DNA of 64,000 nucleotides from Perna viridis (Eukaryota): NCBI GenBank assembly GCA_037379345.1, contig CM074520.1, positions 35,870,664 to 35,934,663 of the forward strand, read 5' to 3'. Shown piece by piece: positions 53,398 to 64,000 of this stretch (position 1 is its first letter; each line of letters starts with the position of its first letter). The notes under the pieces were generated by a model. It saw only the letters and a program-made list of their open reading frames with translations, ran no database searches and was not told where the DNA came from. The position numbers and the translations under genes were made by a program.

Positions 53398-53766
53398 ATT
53401 GCAATCGTGCATCGATCACCGATCAGTTTCCGGTTAGTCATCGATCCGTCAAACCGGTCCATTAAACCGATGATCTCATCACGTGACCACAGAGCGGTCA
53501 CTGTATTTTACAGCTTTTGTTTTGTTTTGTTTTTTGTTTTGTTTTTTTTTTTGTTAAATTTACACATATTTACATACTGTAATAGATTTAAACATCAATT
53601 TATACTCTTATTTCACATATTATTTTTTATTTCAAATAGATCTTACGTCTTTTCACATAAAAAAACCTGCGATCAGGTCGGTCGTCGGTCATCGGTCATC
53701 GATCCGTCAGCGATCAATCAATCAACGGTCATCGATCCGTCAAATCGTTGCGCGGATCGATTCAAG
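53398..53766 (+). repeat. GATC-rich dispersed repeat, copy 2
   Basis: ATCGATCACCGATCAGTTTCCG..CACAGAGCGGTCA..GATCCGTCAAA..GTTGCGCGGAT..ATTCAAG shared with copy 1. Confidence 0.8.
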
Positions 53767-53879
53767 TACTGTACTCAGTGTTAACTTGTCAACAGATTTC
53801 ACCTCTCGTTTGCATCTTGTAATATGTTTCATACGTACGTACATTTTTTACATACATAGATAACATAGAACGCTTTTAA

Positions 53880-54300
53880 TGGAAACTTGGTGACAAAAGT
53901 GTGATGATTTTGACTTTTCCAGTTGTAGACTTTCTCAAGCTTATTGACAATAACCAATTTTCCACTGGTGCATACAGTTCTCATTTGAGCAGTTACTGTC
54001 ACGCCCATGATTTGTATACGACATAGTCTTTTTGTTATCAGCTTCTAATCGGCACATATTCAGTCTTTGTCGATATCAAGGCTAAAGAAGTTTAACAGTC
54101 GTCACCACAATTTTCTTGACCGATATAAAGTTTCTGTCTAATAGATGAAACAAACTGTATTAAGTAAGATTCCAATTCTTCCCTTACACTCGACACCCAC
54201 CGAACTTGACATGAACCAGGTATTACTAACTAGCAACATGACGTTTTGTCCCTGGCAGAGTAGGATATTGATGCCTTTTCGGAGCACCTGACATACTGTT
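53880..54300 (+). mobile_element. Older Penelope-like subfamily: decayed RT end plus 3' motif
   Basis: DK.DDFDF, KKFNSRHHNFLDRYKVSV, followed by GCAAC..CGGAGCACCTG. Confidence 0.6.
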
Positions 54301-54614
54301 TTAATTGGCTTATCTCAATTTTTTATATGTTTGTATTTTAATCTGTTATTATTTTCTGTTTTGCTGTTTTGGTTTCCTTATTATTTCAGTTTTTATATGT
54401 AGTTATGTTCTATTCTGTTTTCTCTATTGTGTATGAAGATCATCTTTTATGCCAGTTGTGAAGTGTACTTAGATTTTGATATTTATGAGTTGTCCTTTAA
54501 TTCTGACGTCTCGGTATTTTACAATTTAAAATATTATGGTAACACAGGTTTATGACCAGTGAATTTTGTTTTTGTACATATAAAGCACATGAAATCATAT
54601 TTTGTTCCAAATCG

Positions 54615-54758
54615 NNNNNNNNNNNNNNNNNNNNNNNNNNNNNNNNNNNNNNNNNNNNNNNNNNNNNNNNNNNNNNNNNNNNNNNNNNNNNNNNNNNNNN
54701 NNNNNNNNNNNNNNNNNNNNNNNNNNNNNNNNNNNNNNNNNNNNNNNNNNNNNNNNNN
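54615..54758. other. Assembly gap (144 N)
   Basis: Run of N. Confidence 1.
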
Positions 54759-55833
54759 TTAATATGATATTTATTGAATGTAAATCTCATAAACGTGTTT
54801 TTCATTTCAATACATTAAATAAGAAAAATGGTTTGTGTATTTGTAGTACTTCTATATGAAAGTAAATCAGAAAGGAAAAATAAAAAAAAATTGCTGTAGA
54901 ATTTGCAATGAAATTCTGTCAAAAAGATGAAAAATGATAAGTCTATGTTGTGATCGTTTAAGTTGCGGAAAACTAAAGTTATCTATATATCCTATTCAAT
55001 ACAGATTATCTGCAAAAATAATCTCCCTTCGCTTTTTTTACAAAAACAAAACAACATTTTAAAGAGCTTTTCGCAAATTTTTATATGTTTGAAAATTCAT
55101 TATGAAGCATTAAAAAAATGTTTTGCATTATATTACATTCAATTTGCTAGAAAAAAAATTGTTTTATGAATGTTTGCCAGATACCAGACAAAACATGATC
55201 TTTGTAAATGGTCTGGTATTCGTTGATAGTACATTTTTTTTATTCATTTGAAAAATATTTGCAGGAAATTCAGTACTTAAAGCACGTAGTATTGAAAAGA
55301 TAAGTCCTTTCATCAAAACAAAATAATCGGTTAAAATTATTCGTTTTTACTAGAAAGAAAATATAAAAGGAAAAAACATTTGTTGTGCTTTTTTTGCTTT
55401 ATACTGCTATATGGTATCATTATTTGTGGTATTATCTTATCATGTGATATGTGCCCTCATTATTAGACCTCATATTAAACTTCTAATGTTACTGTTTGTT
55501 ACCTAAATTTTAAAAGATTTATGACTGACGTCCATTAGAATTTATTCCTAAAAAGCATTTTATTATGACTTTTACTATTTGATTCTTAACTAAGTCGAGT
55601 TGTGTTGACGTTATCGTAAAGAATGGAAAATCCACAAATACTTTTGTTTATGTGATTACCCTTGGGTAATCAATTAGAATGATTGGATAACATTATTTTA
55701 TGTCATGAAAACTTGCAATTCAAAGTGTGCCTCCATTAACGTTTTGTCATAAACCTTCTCTGTAACATTTATTTTCTTATAAATTCATTTTCTTGAGTGT
55801 CTGCATTAAAATTTACAAACGAATCGAGCGGAT

Positions 55834-56867
55834 ATGAACGGCTCAAATATGTCAGAAATTTCAACTCAACTAATGATTCCCAATGGTGGTAATAGTTCAA
55901 AATTGCAGGATATTTATCAAGACCAGATTAAACTCCTAGAACACATAACAAGCTACCTATGGATTATTTTTTCGCCGATTATTTATATCTTTGGATTGCT
56001 TGGCAATTTATCAATACTAGCCGTTCTGACGAAACTTGCATTTTGGAAGAAACCTATTTACATTTTAATTGCTGTCCTAGCCTTTTCTGATGTGACTGTT
56101 TTATCTGTTGGACTTTCCCGGTATTGGACAAGGGAAGTTTTTGGAGCCGATATACGATCCCTTACGGATGTTGGTTGCAAAATAAACGTTTTTGTTATCT
56201 ATACGTTCATGCAGTTTTCCTCAATGTTATTAGTCTGCATAACTTTAGAGAGATTCCTTAAAACACGGTTCACATTGAAGTATCATCTCATTGTATCAAC
56301 CAAACGAACCGTAATTCTTATAGTTTTTGTTTTTGTCTTCCTTTCTGGTCTCAACTGTTTTTGGTTTGAAACACAAGGACTTGTTAATTTTGAGGGCGAT
56401 TTGTCTTGCGACGCAACAACTGAAACCTATTTCTGGGTTGAGGAATTTATTTACACTTACATGGACTTATTTGTATTATCCGTTTTGCCATTTTTTGCCA
56501 TGGTTGCGATGAATATATCAATCATGCGAGTATTGAACGAATCCAAAAAGCTGAGATCGATCTCGGTGTCCGATAAGTCTACAAGAAAAGAACTAGGAAA
56601 ATTCAGTCAGGTGTTGGCGAGAATGATTCTTTTCACCAGCACGTATTTTCTCATTACGACAATTCCAGTCTCAATCTACTTCATTACCGATTCATACATG
56701 GCTCCGAAAGCAGACGACATTACCACTGCGAGGCTGGATGTTGTATGGGCGGTAACCTACCTTTTTCTGTACACCAATTACGCTGTAAACTTCTTTGTGT
56801 ATATGGTGACCAACAAGCTATTTTACAGAACATTTTGGTCGTTACTTGGATGCTGTAGTAAAAATGA
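55834..56867 (+). CDS. Class A GPCR paralog 2, 7TM exon
   Basis: GLLGN, LAFSD, TLERF, VLPF, TTIP, NYAVNFFVY, GCC palmitoylation-type site; donor GA|GTAATT at 56868 overlapping the ORF stop. Confidence 0.92.
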
Positions 56868-57051
56868 GTAATTATTCTTTTCATTTATACGTCCAGTTAA
56901 GATAACTAATTACAAGCTGTCATAATCATTCTACCAAAACAATTATTTTAACCACACAAAGTTACGTTTAAATGAAATTAGTCATTATAATATGCACACT
57001 ATGTTTATAAGAACAAACAATTTTAAAAAAAAATTGCATATTTTTGTCGAT

Positions 57052-57297
57052 AGAGTAATTATCGAAACCAAACTTATGGCAGAAATCAAAAGAATGTAAT
57101 CCAAGGACAAGGACCAGACATGGAAAATAGGCACAAAGACAACAAAGAACATGTAAGCCAGGGACAAAGACCAGACATGGAAAACAGACATACACAACAA
57201 ATAACATTAACTAAAATCATACATATAAAGTATCAAAAGTAAAGGAGCAACTCGGACTCCACTAAAAACTGGGAGCATTGGATCAGGTGCACCGGTA
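57052..57297 (-). mobile_element. Penelope-like family A 3' end in the GPCR2 intron
   Basis: Identity to family A, with an internal ~57-bp duplication. Confidence 0.8.
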
Positions 57298-57484
57298 GAG
57301 TGTAAATGTTATGAGAAGAAGCTTTCAAAGACGTATATTAAGATAAACTGATACGATTGAACTAAGCGTAGTATATTGTTCATTAAACTTAATCTTTAAA
57401 GTAAATAAGTATTTCCAATATTTTTGATCAGGTGCATGTTTAAACAGGAATATTTCTTATTCAATATTAAATTTAATTTTTTAG

Positions 57485-57578
57485 GACACATAACAATAAT
57501 GGTAGTCGGGTGAGTACCATTGGTACTTCAGAAATGACAGCTGTGTCATCTGTGACAGCGGTAGAAGAGGAGGACTGA
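57485..57578 (+). CDS. Predicted terminal exon of GPCR paralog 2 (30-aa Ser/Thr/acidic tail; total 375 aa)
   Basis: TTTTTTAG acceptor, phase 2; THNNNGSRVSTIGTSEMTAVSSVTAVEEED*. Confidence 0.7.
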
Positions 57579-58770
57579 TTACAAGAATTGACCTTGCAAG
57601 TCTTTTATAAAATCTTGATGTACCGAAGTTACTCTTCTTTTGATGTTGTTTATGTTGATGTACAAAAATTCATTGTTTACTTTTAAATTATCGCTGTTTT
57701 GTTTAAAATTACCTTTAATCTTGCTATACGAGAATTCTCCTTCTCGTTGAAAAAAAATTAAATAATCTAATCATACCATATCTTTCATGTTCGATATCTT
57801 TTAAGACATTAACTCCGTTCTTGATAAATTGCCTAATGCAAATGTTGTGAAGTAGATGTACTAGTAGCGAACGAGTTTTCTTTCTCAACATTCTAAAAGC
57901 ATTTTCTAGTAACTTGACAGACAAAAGCTTATTTCAGAAAAAAAATTCTAGACAAGGAATTTACAGATATTAGGTTCATTATATCTTGCACATAATCGCG
58001 TGACATACTTAATTCTTTGATGAAAAAGTCATGGATGAATACGGAATGGGGTGTATTTACAGAAAAAATAATGAATAGTGAGTTTTGAAAGAAACAAAAC
58101 CGCTCTGAATAATGAGTTTTGAAAAAAACAACAACAAAGAATACAAATAGAGGGAAATTCAATGATTTAACTGGTTCCCCACCGGATGCATCGGTAATTT
58201 TTGAAGGATTAGGTTTTGCTGATTCGTTTGAAGCTAATTGGGGATAAACATGTGGGATACATATCTCAATTCATTTTGTTCGATTGTATGTTTCAGGAAC
58301 GTCATATAACCAAATTAGATGTGAAGTACTTGCCAATCTTAAGTTGTGTTTAGATAGATAATTGGGTATATGTATCTTAAGGCCGATCAAATTAACTTGT
58401 GTCCCTAAAAATTAAAATTATGATGCGATTGTTTTATTTATTTGCTTGGGTCATATAATGCAGTAGTTTTTAGTTCTTTTGAGGAACGCATCGGATCGAA
58501 TTTGTAATTTGTAATTGTTGGAAAATCTTCTTTGTAATTTGTAATTGTTCTTTGTAATTTTAATTGTGGGGGAATCATCTTTGTATAATTTGGAAGATTA
58601 TTATCAATTTTCACCGTGGATATGTGATTAGTAAAATATTTGCGATTGGTACGAACTTTTATTTGCACGGTAAGGTATTTGGTTTCTATTTCATGTATCA
58701 TCAAGCTTTTTTGATAAATATTTGAATAAAAGAAACAGTCGAATGTCATACATAGATTTAATAATTAAAT

Positions 58771-59023
58771 CTAGCAACGCCGCCTTTCATGACCATAATC
58801 ACTGGAACATTTTTCTGCTTCCCAATACTTCTTGATACTCCGTCCTGTACAAAGACGCCTATTGTCTCGGTACCACCCAGCAACTCGTTGGTCACATCTG
58901 TCAGCACATGACATCATTTCATGGCGTCGGCAAGCACATTTTGGCCAACCTTTACAGCTCCTGATTACACCGAAGTCATGCAGAACCAAATTGGAGTCGG
59001 CATCAACGATTTTACAAATACAA
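58771..59023 (-). CDS. Secreted cationic 10-Cys peptide, coding exon 2 (Cys-rich mature region)
   Basis: Acceptor CTTTTATGTCTTATTAG, phase 2; CICKIVDADSNLVLHDFGVIRSCKGWPKCACRRHEMMSCADRCDQRVAGWYRDNRRLCTGRSIKKYWEAEKCSSDYGHERRRC*; AATAAA ~110 nt downstream (58658-58663). Confidence 0.8.
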
Positions 59024-59142
59024 CTAATAAGACATAAAAGGTACCTACTTTAATTTGTGGAATGTACATTGCGGAGAAAATCCCCAAAACTCTTATGTAT
59101 AATATTTTGAAAAATTAAAAATCATATTATACGAAGTATTGA

Positions 59143-59418
59143 AAGAGTAATCAAGGGAACCAAGGTTATAGCGGTAATCAAAAGAATGTAAGCCAGGGAC
59201 AAAGACCAGACATGGAAAACAGACATACACAACAAATAACATTAACTAAAATCATACATACAAAGTAACAAAAGTAAATGAGCAACTCGGACTCCACGAA
59301 AAACTGGGAGCATGGACCAGGTAAACCGGTAGGGTAAGCGTCCTCTGCTTTTCTAGAAACACCTGCAGAGTTGTTCATAAAAAGTCAAGTCCGGGGTAGA
59401 GGAAAGGAAAACTATGTC
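59143..59418 (-). mobile_element. Penelope-like family A 3' end in the peptide-gene intron
   Basis: Identity to family A. Confidence 0.85.
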
Positions 59419-59642
59419 TCTTTATGCCTCCATCTTTTACGTTCAATGAAGACGCAATAAGTACTTCAAAACACATCACCTTATTTACTGCCTTTCAACA
59501 TTTGGATAACCCTATAGTCAAACATTGTCATTTTATTCGGCATACACGAAAACAACAACAAAAAACAAAACAAAAAGCAAAAAAACAAAATAAAATAAAA
59601 TAACAGCGAAGGTAGTTAAGATTCACATTTCATTATACTTAC

Positions 59643-59728
59643 TTTCGTACTTTCTTCCTGAACGCATCGGATCGAAGATCAACCACAAAGAGAAAGATGA
59701 CAATTGCAAGGAATGCTTTCTGCAACAT
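59643..59728 (-). CDS. Secreted cationic 10-Cys peptide, coding exon 1 (signal peptide)
   Basis: TTTCAG acceptor 7 nt before the ATG; MLQKAFLAIVIFLFVVDLRSDA-FRKKVR; perfect donor AA|GTAAGT, phase 2. Confidence 0.8.
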
Positions 59729-61309
59729 ATCCAACCTGAAACAATTGTGTTTTTTTTTAAATATCACTTATGTCTATTTGTTCCCCACCTTTTTTTTTTT
59801 AGAAAAACTACTTTCGCATAAGGATGCTTAGACAAAAGTATTTAATATCACTATTCAATTGAATATTATACGTAATATTTTACCCTGGTTTTACCTATAT
59901 TTTAATGTTTGGTAAATGTCTCCAGAAGGACATTATTATAAAGACTAATATATTTCGTGAATTTCGTGAATATATTTTGTGAATTATATTTGAATGTATA
60001 CTACTTAACGTATTTACTTTTAATGTAAAATACAATTTTACTTATAAAAATGTAAACCTTACCCGTGATAAACAGTTCAATCACTTTTGATTTAATAAAT
60101 GAACGATGAACTAAATATATAATATAACGTGTATGAGAAAAGTTTCAAATATCAATTCAACAGATGGAATACTTATATTACTTTTTCCAATTTTTCTCAG
60201 AATTACGTTCGTGGCAATATCATAATCAAAATACTTTACTGCATTTTGTGATAAAAAAATTTTGTCGAAAAATGAATTAACATGCTCCAGATCACATGGA
60301 CAAGTTATGTATCTTCACATTTCTAGAACAACTGCGACTAAATCAAGTCGTGTACGGAGGTATACGACAAAAAAGAAAGATTATGGCTAGATAGGTAAAG
60401 CTATGCTTGCGGTAAAATTTTAGAGTGATCTCTTAAGTATCAATATAACACATCTCTACACTTCTGTTTTAAGGGCTTTTTGCGCACCGTTCACGAACGT
60501 AGACGTAAAAGATTCTCTACAACTTTCGGTAAAGTGGGCATGCAAAAAAGTAGAGATTAGTTTGACCGGATAACACTTATAATTAAAACACTAAAAAATA
60601 CTTGACTTATGACAACATCATACTTTTTACCGGAACAATAATGCAATAAAAACCTGTCTAAATAGAACCCATTTCGAACTGGATGTTTTGTTCCGTTAAA
60701 GTAGGTTTTCAATTAAAAGTGGTTTAAAAGACATTGCCTTTGACAGCATGAGATTTCAGAATATATCTGGTATTGACTGTGATTTCTTTATCTTGAGTTT
60801 GGTTTAAAACCAGGAATCATTTTATATATTTTTATCGAAATTTGTAGTTAGTATTACAATTTTTTAAATTCATAAGACACCATGGCTTCATTTCTTATAT
60901 AGCACGTGGCAGAACGTAATGCTGCTGATTTGCGGTTTCTCCATTGTACAACATATATAAATGTAAAATATTATATGATAGGTCTTTTTGTACTAATCAT
61001 AATATAATAAATTCTTGCGATAAAAAATTAATGAACATGAACTGACTTTAACTCTATAAAAGTAATTTCCAGTTTTAGCAGAGGATGGAAAAGGCTGCAT
61101 CCGAAACTTTACTATTTCGAATGTAAATAAATTATATATTTTAATCTAAATACTGAAGTCAGTTGTGTGTGAAATTCAATACAAAACAGAGGACTATAAA
61201 ATAAACTATCTAATATAAGACACACATTTCATTTTGTAAAACAAATAAAATAGATTTATAACCATTAAACATTATACATGAGAAACCTACTGCATTTTTA
61301 ACTGTATAT

Positions 61310-61440
61310 TGTTACTTTGTATGTATGATTTTAGTTGCTCTATGTTCTTTGTTGTGTATGTCTGTTTTCAATGTCTGGTCTTTGTCCCTGGATTACATTC
61401 TTTTGATTACCGCTATAACTTGGTTCCCTTGATTACTCTT
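61310..61440 (+). mobile_element. Penelope-like family A 3' fragment
   Basis: Identity to family A; same terminus. Confidence 0.8.
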
Positions 61441-61999
61441 TTACCTTATTTGCAATAATAACAGTTAATAATAGTATCATAGTAAAATTATAATTATCTA
61501 TTTAACTAGAGAATGTGTTTTCGAAAGTAAATGAACATTTAGGCAAAAACAAACAAAAAGCCAAAAAAAAAAAAAAACAAAGTGAAGCATATATTCTTTG
61601 CAGTTAAGATTCTGGAAACAAACAGGTAGACAGAAGAAATTATATCAGTTGTCAAATGTTAGAGTTTATATTCATATATAAAGGCAGGAGTTGCACTTCC
61701 GGGATGGAATTATTTTTTATAATAATGTTTTTTTGTATTAGTTGCCGCTTCTTGAGTGTACAGAATGCGTCATAAGACATGTTTATGTTAATGAATAGTG
61801 TCTTAATTGAGCTGATTGAAATCAGATATGCTGAAAGGTATTAGAAAAGACCACTTGGATATGTATGTTAGACCATGCCACGAGTTTAATTGTAAATCTT
61901 GCATTCCAACTAATTTTGTTTTGTTTTATCTGTGTGAAAATCATTCAAAGGCGTATATTGCATTACATTCTCCATAAATATTCTAGTGGTTGAATAGGT

Positions 62000-64000
62000 C
62001 CACTGTCACCACTCTCCCGGGATTCGTTTCACTGTTACCACTCTAATTGGATTTGTGTAACTGTTTCCACTCTCCTGGCATTTGTTTCACTGTTTCCACT
62101 CTCCCGGGATTTGTTTCACTGTAACCACTCTCCTGAAATAGGTTTCACTGTTTCCACTCTCCTTGGATTTACTTCACTGTAAACACTCTCACATGATTTG
62201 GTTCACTGTTTCCACTTTCCTGCAATTGGTTTCACTGCTTCCACTCTCCTTGGATTTATTTCACTGTAAACACTCTCAGATGAATTGTTTCGCTGTTTCC
62301 ACTTTCCCGGGATTTGTGTCACTATAACCACTCTCACATATTTTGTTTTACTGTTTCCACTCTCCTGGGATTGGTTTGACTGTAACCACCCTCTTGGAAT
62401 TTGTTTCACTGTTTCCACTCTCCTTGGATTTACTTCACTGTAAACACTCTCACATGATTTGTTTCACTGTTTCCACTTTCCTGAAATTGATTTCACTGTA
62501 ACCACTCTCCTTGGATTTGTTTCATTGTTTCCACTCTCCTTGGATTTATTTCACTGTAAACACTCTCCCATGATTTATTTCGCTGTTTCCACTCTCCTGG
62601 AATTTGTTTCACTGTAACCACTCTCACATGATTTGTTTTGCTGTTTCCACTCTCCTGGGATTTTGCCATTGTAACCACTCTCATATGATTTGTATCACTG
62701 TTTCACTCTCACATGATTTGTTTCATTGAAACCACTCCTACATGATTTGTTTGACTGTAACCACACTCACATGATTTGTTTCACTGTTTCCACTCTCCTG
62801 AGTTTGTCTGACTGTAACCACTCTCACATGATTTGTTTCACTGTTTCCACTCTCCTGGGATTTGTTTCACTGTAACCACTCTCACATGATTTGTTTCACT
62901 GTAACCACACTCACATGATATGTTTCACTGTTTCCACTCTCCTGAGTTTGTCTGACTGTTTTCACTCTCACATGATTTGTTTCACTGTTTTCACTCTCCT
63001 GGGATTTGGTTCACTGTTTCCACTCTCCTGGGCTTTGTTTCACTGTTTCCACTCTCCCGGGATTTGTTTCACTGTAACCACTCTCACATGATTTGTTTCA
63101 CTGTTTCCACTCTCCTGGGATTTGTTTCACTGTAACCACTCTCACATGATTTGTTTCACTGTTTCCAATTTCCTGAAATTGATTTCACTGTAACCACTCT
63201 CCTTGGATTTGTTTCATTGTTTCCACTCTCCTTGGATTTGTTTCACTGTAAACACTCTCACATGATTTGTTTCGCTGTTTCCACTCTTCTGGAATTTGTT
63301 TCACTGTAACCACTCTCACATGATTTGTTTTGCTGTTTCCACTCTCCTGGGATTTGTGTCACTGTAACCACTCTCATATGATTTGTATCACTGTTTCACT
63401 CTCACATGATTTGTTTCACTGAAACCACTCTCACATGATTTTTTCGCTGTTTCCACTCTCCTGGGATTTGTTTCACTGTAACCACTCTCACATGATTTGT
63501 TTCACTGTAACCACACTCACATGATTTGTTCCACTGTTTCCACTCTCCTGAGTTTGTCTGACTGTAACCACTCTCACATGATTTGTTTCACTGTTTCCAC
63601 TCTCCTGGGATTTGTTTCACTGTAACCACTCTCACATGATTTGTTTCACTGTTTTCACTCTCCTGGGATTTGGTTCACTGTTTCCACTCTCCTGGGCTTT
63701 GTTTCACTGTTTCCACTCTCCTTGGATTTGTTTCACTGTAACCACTCTCACATGATTTGTTTCACTGTTTCCACTCTCCTGGGATTTGTTTCACTGTAAA
63801 CACTCTCACATGATTTGTTTCACTGTAACCACACTCACATGATATGTTTCACTGTTTCCACTCTCCTGAGTTTGTCTGACTGTTTTCACTCTCACATGAT
63901 TTGTTTCACTGTTTTCACTCTCCTGGGATTTGGTTCACTGTTTCCACTCTCCTGGGCTTTGTTTCACTGTTTCCACTCTCCTGGGATTTGTTTCACTGTA
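62000..64000. repeat. 29-bp tandem satellite running off the window
   Basis: Units TTTCACTGTTTCCACTCTCCTGGGATTTG and TTTCACTGTAACCACTCTCACATGATTTG, often alternating. Confidence 0.95.

Noticed and set aside
54497-54859. ORFs spanning the N run
   Set aside because: Artefacts of the assembly gap
59024-59044. Alternative upstream acceptor (AAGTAG|G) for the peptide gene
   Set aside because: In frame but has a poor pyrimidine tract and adds an unpaired 11th Cys; the TTATTAG acceptor is preferred, though this is not proven
62000-64000. CRISPR array or repetitive protein
   Set aside because: Head-to-tail units without unique spacers, eukaryotic context, no cas genes; 29 is not a multiple of 3 and frames close quickly

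Overview
AT-rich, intron-containing eukaryotic genomic DNA. The repeat repertoire looks like a bivalve mollusc (inference). There is one 144-N gap at 54615-54758. Manual splicing gives six host genes, and the ORF track truncates or misses part of each. (1) A 616-aa RING-less TRIM-like protein (2 B-boxes + coiled coil) fused to a catalytically dead astacin/metzincin-like domain and a Cys-rich tail: join 7187-7971,10505-11570. (2,5) Two paralogous class A GPCRs (ERF / NFxxY type), each with an unannotated Ser/Thr-rich terminal exon after a phase-2 intron: join 20642-21672,27738-27945 and 55834-56867,57485-57578. (3,4) Two paralogous small secreted PAN+kringle proteins: join 29221-29554,29995-30257 and 40268-40598,41587-41834. 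(6) A minus-strand two-coding-exon gene for a 112-aa precursor of a strongly cationic 10-cysteine secreted peptide: complement join 59643-59728,58771-59023. This is the most novel item. The rest is transposon-derived: a CR1-type LINE with TSD and a nested MITE, a decayed RTEX-like LINE, about 10 copies of a Penelope-like (Naiad-type) 3' end with a conserved RNA fold, a tRNA-less SINE-like element that begins with a pseudoknot (ribozyme candidate), a tRNA SINE, Helentron-type elements, MITEs, and a 29-bp satellite at the right end.
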